From Solirubrobacterales bacterium (GTDB taxonomy: Bacteria > Actinomycetota > Thermoleophilia > Solirubrobacterales > 70-9), in NCBI GenBank assembly GCA_035620355.1, contig DASPGZ010000101.1, forward strand, positions 1 through 56,139: 56,139 nt of DNA, in the 5' to 3' direction. Below are positions 33,563 to 42,233 of the stretch, piece after piece. A model generated the notes under the pieces. It was not told the DNA's origin. It did not search any database and was given only the letters and a program-made list of their open reading frames with translations. Position numbers and translations under genes: made by a program. Numbering within the stretch: the first letter of the stretch is position 1; every line of letters starts with the position of its first letter.

Positions 33563-34672
33563 TCATACGTTGAGCCTGATCGGCATCACCAGGTAGGAGA
33601 AGTCGTCTCCGTCGACCGGCCGCAGCAGTCCCGGCCGCAGCGGCGAGCTGAGCTGGACCGCGACCTGCTCGGTGGCGACGCTCTCGATCCCCTCGACCAG
33701 GAACTGCGGGTTGAAGGCGATCTCGAGCGGCTCGCCGGAGTAGGGCGCCGGCATCCCCTCGCTGGCGTCGCCGATGTCGGGCGTCTCGGCCGCGACCGTG
33801 AGTTCGCCCTCCGCGAACGCGAGCCGCAGCGGCGAGTTGCGCTGGGCGAGCTGGCTGATCCGCCGGGTGATCTCGAGCAGCTCCTCGCGCGGCAGTCGCA
33901 CGTCGTGCTCGAACGACTCGGGGATCAGCTGGCGCCAGCTCGGGAACTGGCCCTCGATCAGCCGCGACGAGAGCACCACGCCGTCGACCTTGAACACGGC
34001 CTGGTTGCGCGGCAGCGAGATCTCGACCGCCTCGGCGCCGGCCACTCCGATGATCCGCGCCAGCTCGCGCAGGGCGCGGGCCGGGACGTTCGCCTCCAGC
34101 GCCTGGGTGACCGGCGCCTCGAGCTCGGTGTGCTTGACGCTGAGCCGGTAGGAGTCGGTGGCGACCATGGTCAGCGCGTTGCCCTCCGCCTGCACCAGGA
34201 CGCCGGTGAGGATCGGGCGCACCTCGTCGCGTGAGGCGGCGCGGGCGACGAGCTCGATCGTCTGCGCGAGCGGGGCGGCCGGCAGCGTCACCGTCTCGCC
34301 CTCGAGCTCGGGCAGACGCGGGAAGTCGTCGGCGGGCAGGGTCCGGAGGTGGAAGCGAGCGCCGCCGGCGGCGATCTCGACGTCGCGCTGCTCGCCGCGC
34401 AGCTCGAGGCTCGCCTCGCCCGGCGGCAGGCTGCGGACGACGTCGGAGAACAGGCGCCCCGGGAGCAGCACGGTGCCGGGCTGCTCGACCTTGGCGTCGT
34501 CGAGGGTGCTGGTCAGGGCCAGCTCCATGTCGGTCGCCCGCAGGGTCAGCGAGCCCTCGGCGGCGATCACCAGGATCCCGCCCAACGAGGGCAGCGTGCC
34601 GCGGGTGGAAACGGCGCGTCCGACGAGCTGCAGCCCGCCGGAGAGGGAGTCACGGGGTACGGAGAGTTTCAT
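33563..34672 (-). CDS. dnaN: DNA polymerase III beta sliding clamp
   Basis: Track ORF. Three-domain length (369 aa), LTLRATDMELAL, YLVMPIRL C-terminus, and position directly after dnaA. Confidence 0.9.
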   Translation of the reverse strand: MKLSVPRDSLSGGLQLVGRAVSTRGTLPSLGGILVIAAEGSLTLRATDMELALTSTLDDAKVEQPGTVLLPGRLFSDVVRSLPPGEASLELRGEQRDVEIAAGGARFHLRTLPADDFPRLPELEGETVTLPAAPLAQTIELVARAASRDEVRPILTGVLVQAEGNALTMVATDSYRLSVKHTELEAPVTQALEANVPARALRELARIIGVAGAEAVEISLPRNQAVFKVDGVVLSSRLIEGQFPSWRQLIPESFEHDVRLPREELLEITRRISQLAQRNSPLRLAFAEGELTVAAETPDIGDASEGMPAPYSGEPLEIAFNPQFLVEGIESVATEQVAVQLSSPLRPGLLRPVDGDDFSYLVMPIRLNV

Positions 34673-34799
34673 CGAAGGTCACTCATCTTCCTACTTAGAT
34701 CAGATGTATTTGATTCGTGGATGGTTGGGGATAGTGACCGGTTTCGGCTTCGCCGGACGCGATCGGCCTGTGGATCACGACCCCGCCGAGGGTGGATCA
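34673..34799. other. Candidate oriC core: AT-rich stretch plus three DnaA-box-like 9-mers in or next to the dnaA-dnaN spacer
   Basis: 34681..34716 has 12 G/C in 36 nt, in an otherwise very GC-rich window. Box-like sites: CGTGGATGG (34716..34724), TGTGGATCA (34769..34777, 8/9 to TGTGGATAA) and GGTGGATCA (34791..34799). Confidence 0.55.
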
Positions 34800-36163
34800 T
34801 GCCCCGTCTCGGTGGACGGGTCCGGGTCGGGTGGCTTCGTCCCCAGGCGGACGTGGACGCGGTGGAGCGTCTCGGCGGTCTCGGATCCGGGCTCGAGCCG
34901 GCCCTTGACCGAGCGGATCGCGTGCATGACGGTGGTGTGGTCGCGATCGAAGCCCCGGGCGATCTCGGCCAGCGAAAGGCCGGTGAGCTCCCGCGCCATG
35001 TACATCGCCAGCTGTCGGGAGCGGGCGATCTTCGGCGAGCGGCGCTGCGAGAGCAGCTCCTCCTTGGTCAGGCCGTTGACGGCGCAGACGGCATCCTGGA
35101 TCGCCGCCAGCGTCGGCGCCTCGGCCGCCGCCGCCGGCTCGCCCCGGCCGAGGGCGCGGCGCACTATCGGGGTGGTCAGCGGCTCGGAGAGCAGCGAGGC
35201 GATCGCCATCACCCTGGTCATCGCGCCCTCGAGCACGCGGACGTTCTCGGGCACGTTGGTGGCGATCTCCTGCAGCACGCGGGGGTCGGGAAGCTCGGAG
35301 CCCGACCCGGAGGCGATCCGCCAGAGGACCGCGATCCTGGTCCGCAGATCGGGAGGCTCGAGCTCGACCCGCAGCCCCCAGTTGAAGCGGTCGCGGAGCC
35401 GCTCGGCCAGCTTCGAGAGCGCCTCGGGCGGGCGGTCGGACGAGAGCACGATCTGCTTGCCGGCCGAGTGCAGGGTGTTGAAGGTGTGGACGAACTCCTC
35501 CTCGGTGCGCTGCTTGCCCTCGAGCACCTGGACGTCGTCGATCAACAGCGCGTCGAGCCCGCGATAGCGCGCCTTGAACGCCTCCGGGCCCTCGCGCTGG
35601 AGCGCCCCGACGAACTCGGTCGTGAACCGCTCGGCGGTCGTGTAGTGGACCTCGAGCTCGGGGTGGTTGCGGCGCAGGTACTCGACGATCGCGCCCAGCA
35701 GGTGGGTCTTGCCGAGCCCCGGCGGCCCATGGAGGAAGAGCGGGTTGTAGGCCTCGCCGGGAGACTCGGCGACCGCCAGGGCCGCCGCGTGCGCGAGCCG
35801 GTTGCCCGGGCCGATCACGAACTCCTCGAACGTGTGGCTGGGGTCGAGCGGCAGCGACTCGGGCCGGCGCTCGCGTTCGGGCTTCGTCCCTTTGCCCACT
35901 GCCGCGGCGTCGACGAAGGCGACCTCGGTCAGCGCCGGGGCGCGTGAGCCGATCGCGCGGACCAGGGCCGGGCCGTAGCGGCGCTCGACCCAGGCGCGGA
36001 TCGCCGGCGGCGCCGAGAGGACCAGGGTCGAGCCGGTCGCCGAGACCGCCTCGAGCGGCTCGAGCCAGAGGTCGAAGGTGGAGCGCGGGTAGGAGGCGCG
36101 GAGCTCCTCGCGCACCTGCCGCCAAAGCGTCGCGAGATCGTCCTCTGGGGGCTGGGCAGGCAC
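34775..36163 (-). CDS. dnaA: Chromosomal replication initiator protein DnaA
   Basis: GTG 36163 (aa 76 of track ORF 34775..36388); the longer ORF would overlap rpm[11 protein letters not shown]-terminus, Walker [19 protein letters not shown], and the DNA-binding C-terminus RDHTTVMHA. Confidence 0.9.
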   Translation of the reverse strand: MPAQPPEDDLATLWRQVREELRASYPRSTFDLWLEPLEAVSATGSTLVLSAPPAIRAWVERRYGPALVRAIGSRAPALTEVAFVDAAAVGKGTKPERERRPESLPLDPSHTFEEFVIGPGNRLAHAAALAVAESPGEAYNPLFLHGPPGLGKTHLLGAIVEYLRRNHPELEVHYTTAERFTTEFVGALQREGPEAFKARYRGLDALLIDDVQVLEGKQRTEEEFVHTFNTLHSAGKQIVLSSDRPPEALSKLAERLRDRFNWGLRVELEPPDLRTRIAVLWRIASGSGSELPDPRVLQEIATNVPENVRVLEGAMTRVMAIASLLSEPLTTPIVRRALGRGEPAAAAEAPTLAAIQDAVCAVNGLTKEELLSQRRSPKIARSRQLAMYMARELTGLSLAEIARGFDRDHTTVMHAIRSVKGRLEPGSETAETLHRVHVRLGTKPPDPDPSTETGHDPPSAGS

Positions 36164-36260
36164 GAACGGCGACCATACATTCGGGCGCCGGGCCCGCCTC
36201 CGGGTCTCCTCGCATTTCGCGGGAAAGAAAGTTGGGCGTGTCTGTAGACTCGCCGATCCG

Positions 36261-36395
36261 ATGAAGCGCACCTGGCAGCCGAAGAAGCGCAAGCGAGCCC
36301 GTACCCACGGCTTCCGCGCCCGGATGCGCACGCGCTCCGGCCGCGACGTGCTCCGCCGTCGCCGTGCCAAGGGCCGCAAGCGCCTCACTCCGTGA
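36261..36395 (+). CDS. rpmH: 50S ribosomal protein L34
   Basis: Not in the track (44 aa). ATG 36261..TGA 36395 translates [44 protein letters not shown], the canonical L34 sequence. Located upstream of rnpA. Confidence 0.92.
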   Translation: MKRTWQPKKRKRARTHGFRARMRTRSGRDVLRRRRAKGRKRLTP

Positions 36396-36411
36396 CCGTC
36401 GCCGCGGTCTG

Positions 36412-36789
36412 ATGTCCAACCGTCGAAAGCGCGGCCGCCTGTCGCGCAGCGGGGACTTCGATCGCGTCTACCGCGACGGTCGCTCCCACGCCAACCGCTA
36501 CCTGGTCCTCTACTCGTTCCCGCGCCCGGATTCGGCCGTCGACCAGAGCCGGCTCGGGATCTCGGTCAGCCGCAAGGTCGGCGGCGCGGTCGAGCGCAAC
36601 GCGGTCAAGCGGGCGTTGCGGGAGGCGTTCTGGGAGCTCGACACCGAGCTCCCCGGCGATCACGACTTCGTCCTCGTCGCCCGTCCCGACTCTGCACGTC
36701 TGGTTGAGCGTGAGGGAACCGAGGGGGTCAGCACGGCGCTCGGCGAGTTGGTCGCCGAATCGGGCTTCGGAGGGGGGCGTAACACGTGA
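36412..36789 (+). CDS. rnpA: Ribonuclease P protein component
   Basis: ATG 36412 in frame with track ORF 36364..36789. LSRSGDFDRVYRDG...LGISVSRKVGGAVERNAVKRALREAF (RnpA RNR-type motif). Synteny after rpmH. Confidence 0.85.
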   Translation: MSNRRKRGRLSRSGDFDRVYRDGRSHANRYLVLYSFPRPDSAVDQSRLGISVSRKVGGAVERNAVKRALREAFWELDTELPGDHDFVLVARPDSARLVEREGTEGVSTALGELVAESGFGGGRNT

Positions 36790-36792
36790 AAC
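36779..36792. promoter_or_regulatory. parS-like palindrome GTAACACGTGAAAC (12/14 to GTTTCACGTGAAAC)
   Basis: Read directly; spans the rnpA stop / yidD start. The right half-site is perfect and the left half has 2 mismatches. It is the only such site I found in the window. Confidence 0.35.
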
Positions 36793-37115
36793 GGTCCCTC
36801 TCCCGTGCCTATTTGCGCGCCACGGAGCTGCTGCGCGAGCTCTTCCTGTTGCCCCTGCACGCCTACCGGGCCGTGATCTCGCCCAATCTGGCCCCGCGCT
36901 GCAAGTACTACCCCAGCTGCTCCACCTACGGGGTCCAGGCGGTGCGCGAGCTGGGCGTGCTCAAGGGCACGATCGTCGCCGGATGGCGGGTGCTGCGCTG
37001 CAACCCCTTCAGCCACGGGGGCGTCGACGAGCTCGCCGACCGGCGCCTGTTCCGCGACCGCGACCGGCCCCACGACCACGACCACGGCCATGACGCGAGC
37101 GGGGTGGCGGCGTGA
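36786..37115 (+). CDS. yidD: Membrane protein insertion efficiency factor YidD, with His/Asp-rich C-terminal extension
   Basis: Track ORF (GTG, GTGA overlap). YRAVISPNLAPRCKYYPSCSTYGVQAV...RCNPFSHGG is the YidD signature. Extra tail DRDRPHDHDHGHD. Confidence 0.85.
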   Translation: MKRSLSRAYLRATELLRELFLLPLHAYRAVISPNLAPRCKYYPSCSTYGVQAVRELGVLKGTIVAGWRVLRCNPFSHGGVDELADRRLFRDRDRPHDHDHGHDASGVAA

Positions 37116-37879
37116 CCACGCTCGCCGTCCTGGTCATCTTCCAGCCCTTCGTCGACCTCGCCGACGCGATCATCGGCTTCTTCGAGGGCACGGTCGGGTT
37201 CAGCTGGGGCCTGGCGATCGTCGCGCTCACCTTCACCGTTCGGCTGATGACCCTGCCGCTGTCGCTGACCGGGATCCGCTCGATGCGCCGGATGCAGCTG
37301 GTCGCGCCGGAGCTCAAGGAGGTGCAGGAGAAGTACAAGGACGACCGCGAGCGCCAGCAGCGCGAGATGCTCGCCCTCTATCGCGAGCACGGGGTCAACC
37401 CACTCGCCTCCTGCTTCCCGTTCCTGCTCCAGATCCCGTTCTTCATCGCGATCTACACGTTGCTGCGATCGAGCAGCTTCAACGAGGAGGTGATCGCGAG
37501 CGGCTCGAGCCAGAGCTTCCTGTTCATCAACAGCATCATCGAGAAGCCCGAGGGCGCCGAGACGGTGATCCTGATCGTGCTGTTCATCGTCACCACGGTG
37601 CTCACGTTCCTGTACACGACCGCGACCACGCAGACGGCGACCGGACCCCAGCGCTACATCTTCCTCGCCCTGCCGATCCTGTTCGCGCCGCTGATCATCA
37701 GCCAGCCGGCCGGCCTCGGGCTCTACTGGATCGCGACCAACGTCTGGAGCCTCGGACAGCAGGTCGTGGTGCAGAAGATCATGCCGATGCCGAAGCCCCC
37801 GAGCCCCGAGGAGCGCAAGGCGGCCAAGACGACCAAGCCGCCACCCCCGCCGCCTCGGAAGAAGAAGAAACGTCGATGA
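37112..37879 (+). CDS. yidC: Membrane protein insertase YidC (short Gram-positive-type form)
   Basis: Track ORF (GTG, GTGA overlap). RLMTLPLSLTGIRSMRRMQLVAPELKEVQEKYKDD, GVNPLASCFPFLLQIPFFIAIY, and a Lys/Pro-rich basic C-tail. Confidence 0.85.
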   Translation: MTTLAVLVIFQPFVDLADAIIGFFEGTVGFSWGLAIVALTFTVRLMTLPLSLTGIRSMRRMQLVAPELKEVQEKYKDDRERQQREMLALYREHGVNPLASCFPFLLQIPFFIAIYTLLRSSSFNEEVIASGSSQSFLFINSIIEKPEGAETVILIVLFIVTTVLTFLYTTATTQTATGPQRYIFLALPILFAPLIISQPAGLGLYWIATNVWSLGQQVVVQKIMPMPKPPSPEERKAAKTTKPPPPPPRKKKKRR

Positions 37880-38358
37880 ACGACGAGCTGGTCGAGCTTC
37901 CGGAGGAGCCCGCCGAGCGGGTCGAGGTGATGCTCGAGGAGATCCTCGACGCGCTCGACCTCGACGGCGAGATTGTCGTCGACGAGCTCGACGACGAGAT
38001 CGTCGCCAGGATCGAGGGCGACGAGCTCGGGCTGCTGATCGGCCGCCGGGGCCAGACGATCGACGCGGTGCAGCTGCTCTGCTACCGGGTCGCGTTCCGT
38101 GGGATCGGCGAGCGCAAGCGGGTTTCGGTCGATGCCGCCGGCTACCGCGAGCGCCGGCGCGAGACGGTCGAGCGCCAGGCCGAGCGCGCCGCGGAGCGGG
38201 CGTTGGAGAGCGGCAAGGAGATCGAGCTCGAGCCGATGAGCTCGACCGAGCGCAAGATCGTCCACGACGTGCTCAAGGACCGGCCCGGCCTCGAGACCTT
38301 CAGCGAGGGCGAGGAGCCCGATCGCTGCGTGATCGTCGCCCCGCTCGTCGGCGATTGA
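37876..38358 (+). CDS. jag: Jag/KhpB-type RNA-binding protein (KH + R3H domains)
   Basis: ATG 37876 in frame with track ORF 37090..38358; ATGA overlap with the yidC stop. GLLIGRRGQTIDAVQLL (KH) and MSSTERKIVHDVL (R3H). Confidence 0.8.
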   Translation: MNDELVELPEEPAERVEVMLEEILDALDLDGEIVVDELDDEIVARIEGDELGLLIGRRGQTIDAVQLLCYRVAFRGIGERKRVSVDAAGYRERRRETVERQAERAAERALESGKEIELEPMSSTERKIVHDVLKDRPGLETFSEGEEPDRCVIVAPLVGD

Positions 38359-39032
38359 CCGACGACGAGCTTCTCCGCCGCCTCACCCCCGTACTCGAGC
38401 TGCTCGCGGCGGATCCCGCTTCGCTGAGCTCGGTCCGCGACCCCGAACGGGCCTGGAAGGTGCACGTCGAGGACTCGCTCAGCGGGCTCGAGCTTGTCGG
38501 CTCGCCCGAGCGGATCGCCGATCTCGGCTCCGGCGCCGGATTCCCCGGGCTGGTGCTCGCCGCGGCCCTGCCGACGACGAGCGTCGACCTGATCGAGTCG
38601 GTGGGCCGTAAGGCCGAGTTCATCGAGCGCGCGATCGCCGCGGGCGGGTTCGACAACGCCCGGGCGCTCGCGCGGCGCTCGGAGGAGTGGGCCGCGGCCG
38701 CGGACCCCGACGGCGGCCGCGAGGCCTACGACGTGGTCACGGCGAGGGCCGTCGGCCGCCTCGCGACCCTGGCCGAGCTCGCCTCCCCGCTGCTCCGCGA
38801 CGGCGGCGCGCTGGTCGCATGGAAGGGGCGCCGCGACGCCGACGAGGAGGCCGAGCTCGAGCGCGCGGCGGCGGCGCTGGCGATGGAACCGGAGCGGGTC
38901 GAGGCGGTCGGCGAGCGCGCCGGCTCGCGCCATCGCCACATCTACCGGGTCCGCAAGTCGGGCCCGACCCCGGCGTCCCTGCCGCGGCGGCCCGGGATGG
39001 CGAAGAAGCGCCCGCTCGGTGCGGGAACCTGA
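38355..39032 (+). CDS. rsmG: 16S rRNA (guanine527-N7)-methyltransferase
   Basis: Track ORF (TTG, TTGA overlap). SAM motif IADLGSGAGFPGLVLA, TARAVGRLATL. Synteny before parAB. Confidence 0.85.
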   Translation: MTDDELLRRLTPVLELLAADPASLSSVRDPERAWKVHVEDSLSGLELVGSPERIADLGSGAGFPGLVLAAALPTTSVDLIESVGRKAEFIERAIAAGGFDNARALARRSEEWAAAADPDGGREAYDVVTARAVGRLATLAELASPLLRDGGALVAWKGRRDADEEAELERAAAALAMEPERVEAVGERAGSRHRHIYRVRKSGPTPASLPRRPGMAKKRPLGAGT

Positions 39033-39070
39033 GCTTCGCCCCGCCTCGGCGCCCACTACGCTCGCGTGCG

Positions 39071-39856
39071 ATGGGCGCCGTTTACGCGATCGCAAACCAG
39101 AAGGGCGGGGTCGGCAAGACGACCACCGCGGTCAACCTGGCGGCGTGCGCGGCCGCCGAGGGGCGCCAGGTGTTGCTGGTCGACCTCGACCCGCAGTGCA
39201 ATGCAACGGTTGCGCTTGGCTTCGACCGCACGGTGACCCCGTCGAGCTACGAGTGCCTTGCCGGCGAGGCCGAGGTGGCGGCCGCGGCGCGGCCCGCCGG
39301 GCCCGACAACCTCTGGATCGTGCCGGCGAACCGCGACCTCTCCGGCGCCGCGGTCGAGCTGCCGCGGGTGGACGGCTACGAACGCCGGCTGCGCCAGGGC
39401 CTCGGGCCGGTGCGCGAGCGCTTCGCGATGACCCTGCTCGACTGCCCGCCGTCGCTCGGCCCGGTGACCGTGAACGCGCTCGCGGCGGCCGATCGGGTGA
39501 TCGTCCCGGTGCAGGCCGAGTACCTGGCGCTCGAGGGTCTGGTCCAGTTCCTGGAGACCCTCGACCTGGTCCGCCGCAGCCTCAATCCGTCCCTGGTTCT
39601 GACCGGTGTGCTGATCACCATGTACGACGAGAGGACCCGTCTGGCGCAGGACGTCGAGGCGGAGCTGCGACAGCATCTACCCGAACAGGTGTTCGATACC
39701 GTGATCCCCAGAAGCGTGCGCGTAGCCGAGGCCCCGAGCCACGGTGTGCCGGTGCTCGAGCACGCCCCGGGCTCAAGCGGCTCGACCGCCTACCGGGCGC
39801 TCGCCGCGGAGCTCGAACGCCGCGAGCCGAGCGCCGAGGAGCGAGCGGCGGCGTGA
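39071..39856 (+). CDS. parA: Chromosome partitioning ATPase ParA/Soj
   Basis: ATG 39071 (aa 129 of track ORF 38687..39856). Deviant Walker A ANQKGGVGKTTTAVNLAA; DCPPSLG. Confidence 0.9.
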   Translation: MGAVYAIANQKGGVGKTTTAVNLAACAAAEGRQVLLVDLDPQCNATVALGFDRTVTPSSYECLAGEAEVAAAARPAGPDNLWIVPANRDLSGAAVELPRVDGYERRLRQGLGPVRERFAMTLLDCPPSLGPVTVNALAAADRVIVPVQAEYLALEGLVQFLETLDLVRRSLNPSLVLTGVLITMYDERTRLAQDVEAELRQHLPEQVFDTVIPRSVRVAEAPSHGVPVLEHAPGSSGSTAYRALAAELERREPSAEERAAA

Positions 39857-40698
39857 GCTCCCGGCGCGGGATCGGCCGCGGCCTTGCAGCGATCCTGCCC
39901 GAGCAGGGGTCCGGGGAGCCGTCCTACCGCGAGGTGCCGATCGATCTGATCCGGCCCAACCCCGACCAGCCGCGGCGCGCGTTCGACCCCGAGACGATCA
40001 CCACCCTGGCGACGTCGATCGCCGAGGCCGGGGTGATCCAACCGTTGATCGTCCGCCCACTCGCCGACGGCCGCTACGAGCTGATCGCCGGCGAGCGCCG
40101 CTGGCGGGCTGCTCGCGAGGCCGGGCTCGACGCGGTCCCGGCGATGGTCCGCGACGAGGACGCCGCGCGGCGGATGCAGACGGCTTTGATCGAGAACGTC
40201 GCCCGCGAGGACCTGAACCCGGTCGACGAGGCGCGCGCCTGCGCCACCCTGGTCGAGGAGCTCGGGCTGTCGAAGGAGGAGCTCGCCGGCCGCCTCGGCC
40301 GCACCCGCCCCGCGATCTCGAACCTGATCCGGCTGCTCGACCTGCCCGACGACGTGCTCGAGCTGCTCGCGGAGGGCGAGCTCAGCGAGGGCCACGGGCG
40401 GGCGATCCTGATCGCGAAGGGGAACGACGTCCGCCGCCGGCTCGCTCGCGACGCGGTCCGCGGTGGCTGGTCGGTGCGCGAGACCGAGCGCCGGGCGAAG
40501 CGCGCCGAGCGGACCCCGAGCGCGAAGGTCGTCGTCCACCCGGATCAGAAGGCGGCGCTGCAACGGGCCGAGGACGCGCTCGAGCGGGCGCTCGGGACCG
40601 GGGTGCGGGTGCGGGCGGCGCCCAAGGGAATCCGCGCGGAGCTCGAGTTCGAGTCGCTCGAGGAGTTGCTCGAGCTCGCGGGCCGGCTCGACCGCTGA
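39853..40698 (+). CDS. parB: Chromosome partitioning protein ParB/Spo0J
   Basis: GTG 39853 in frame with track ORF 39019..40698; GTGA overlap. RGLAAIL, IRPNPDQPRRAFD, LIAGERRWRAA, IENVAREDLNPVDEA. Confidence 0.9.
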   Translation: MSSRRGIGRGLAAILPEQGSGEPSYREVPIDLIRPNPDQPRRAFDPETITTLATSIAEAGVIQPLIVRPLADGRYELIAGERRWRAAREAGLDAVPAMVRDEDAARRMQTALIENVAREDLNPVDEARACATLVEELGLSKEELAGRLGRTRPAISNLIRLLDLPDDVLELLAEGELSEGHGRAILIAKGNDVRRRLARDAVRGGWSVRETERRAKRAERTPSAKVVVHPDQKAALQRAEDALERALGTGVRVRAAPKGIRAELEFESLEELLELAGRLDR

Positions 40699-40705
40699 CC
40701 AGCTC

Positions 40706-41323
40706 CTAGGGCGCCAGCCGCTCGATCCGCCACCCGTCGCCGTCGCGCGCGTAGCGGAACCGATCATGCAGACGGGCGACCTGGCCTTGCCAGAACTCGA
40801 TCGACCGCGGGCGCAGCAGGTAGCCGCCCCAGTGCGCCGGCCGCGGCACCGCCCCGCCGTCGTAACGCTCGGTGGCCTCGGCGAGCCTCGTGTCGAGCTC
40901 CGCCCGCGATTCGAGCGGTCGCGACTGCGGCGACGCCCAGGCACCGAGCTGGGAGTCGCGCGGACGGGTGGCGAAGTAGGCGTCGGAGTCCTCGGCGCCG
41001 AGCCGCTCGACCGTTCCCCGGACCCGGACCTGACGGTCGAGCTCGCGCCAGTAGGCGATCAGCGCCGCCGCGCCGCCGGCGTCGAGCTGCAGCGCCTTCG
41101 CCGACCCGTAGTTGGTGAAGAAGCGGAAGCCGTCGGGGCCGAAGCCCTTGAGCAGGACCATCCGGGCGTCGGGGAGCCCCTCGCCGTCGACGGTCGCCAG
41201 CGCGACGGCCTCGGCGAGCGGCGCCTCGCTTTCGGCTTCGGCGAACCAGGTCCTGAACTGCTCAATCGGGTCGGGATCGAGATCGGCCGCGGCCAGCGGC
41301 GGCATGTCGGGGCGTCGAGGCAT
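40706..41323 (-). CDS. pdxH: Pyridoxamine 5'-phosphate oxidase
   Basis: Track ORF. RMVLLKGFGPDGFRFFTNYGSAK, RQVRVRG, ATRPRDSQLGAWAS, IEFWQGQVARLHDR. Confidence 0.85.
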   Translation of the reverse strand: MPRRPDMPPLAAADLDPDPIEQFRTWFAEAESEAPLAEAVALATVDGEGLPDARMVLLKGFGPDGFRFFTNYGSAKALQLDAGGAAALIAYWRELDRQVRVRGTVERLGAEDSDAYFATRPRDSQLGAWASPQSRPLESRAELDTRLAEATERYDGGAVPRPAHWGGYLLRPRSIEFWQGQVARLHDRFRYARDGDGWRIERLAP

Positions 41324-41350
41324 CGGCGGCTTCTAGAATGACGGGCTCCC

Positions 41351-41424
41351 GGGCGATTAGCTCAGTTGGTTAGAGCGCGTCTCTGATAAGGACGAGGTCC
41401 GTGGTTCGAGTCCACGATCGCCCA
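41351..41424 (+). tRNA. tRNA-Ile (anticodon GAT)
   Basis: Hand-folded cloverleaf: acceptor GGGCGAT/ATCGCCC, D arm GCTC-AGTTGGTTA-GAGC, anticodon stem CGTCT/GGACG with loop CTGATAA, T arm CGTGG-TTCGAGT-CCACG, discriminator A. CCA is not encoded. Confidence 0.9.
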
Positions 41425-41455
41425 TCGCTGATCCGTCGGCGCCGTGACGGCTGCC

Positions 41456-41483
41456 GCGGGCGGCGGGCCGAGCCGCCGCCCGC
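41456..41483. terminator. 11-bp perfect GC hairpin (GCGGGCGGCGG-N6-CCGCCGCCCGC), candidate bidirectional terminator
   Basis: Lies between the tRNA-Ile 3' end and the stop (41498) of the convergent secreted-protein gene. Read directly; no U-tract. Confidence 0.6.
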
Positions 41484-41497
41484 AGAGCACGCGTCGC

Positions 41498-42034
41498 TCA
41501 GCCGACGAACTGGACGAACACGTCGCGGTCGTCCGGGGTGCCGGTGGTCGACGTCTTCGTGGTCACCGCCGCGTCCGTGTACGGGCCGTTGCAGCCGGCC
41601 GCCGGCGGGATCGCCAGCTCGACCGTCGCGCCCGGGTTCGCGTCGGCGCCGCGGACCACGGTGGCGCTGCCCGACTTCGGCGCGAACGCCAGGTCGAAGC
41701 AGATCGCGCCCTGGCCGCCCGAGGCGACCCCGGTGATCCCGACGGCCCCGGCCGCCGGCGCGACGTTGCCGCCGGCCTTGTTGACCCGGCCGTAGGCCAT
41801 CTGCGGGACCTCCGGGATCACGTCCGGGGCCAGATCCTTGGCCTTGATCTTGCCGTCGAGGATCTTCCCCGACTTGACCGCGTCCTTGGCGATCCGACTA
41901 CCGGTCACCGCCTTCTTGGCGATGTCGTTGGTCTGGATCGTCTGGGCCGCGACAGCGGCGCCCGAGAACGCGAACACCAGCGCGATCACGCCGATCAGCA
42001 CGCCCGGTGTCGGGCGCAGGTTGGTGATCCTCAT
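41498..42034 (-). CDS. Secreted hypothetical protein (signal peptide; short I-x-K-x-A/V-K/T-x-G-K repeats)
   Basis: ATG 42034 (aa 68 of track ORF 41498..42235), preceded by CAGGAGGTGG 6 nt upstream. Signal peptide MRITNLRPTPGVLIGVIALVFAFSGAAVA. No recognisable catalytic motif. Confidence 0.6.
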   Translation of the reverse strand: MRITNLRPTPGVLIGVIALVFAFSGAAVAAQTIQTNDIAKKAVTGSRIAKDAVKSGKILDGKIKAKDLAPDVIPEVPQMAYGRVNKAGGNVAPAAGAVGITGVASGGQGAICFDLAFAPKSGSATVVRGADANPGATVELAIPPAAGCNGPYTDAAVTTKTSTTGTPDDRDVFVQFVG

Positions 42035-42233
42035 CCGTTCCCACCTCCTGGAGGTCGTTTTCCACTCAGGCCCCCGGCCCTGAGGATCTACACCCCCGAC
42101 AACACGCCCGCTCCGGCGGAGCTGCGGTCGTCGCCGGATTTCGCCCCGATTCCCGTACCTATAATGGCCGCAGGGTCGCCGCGGACGGCCCGTTCGTCCC
42201 CAGGCCCCGAAAGACGAGGATTCACGGCCAGCC

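Noticed and set aside
36164-36260. rpmH-dnaA intergenic region as oriC
   Set aside because: Gene polarity switches here, but I found no TGTGGA/TCCACA-type DnaA boxes and only a modest AT-rich patch. The dnaA-dnaN spacer is the better candidate; this needs GC-skew confirmation.
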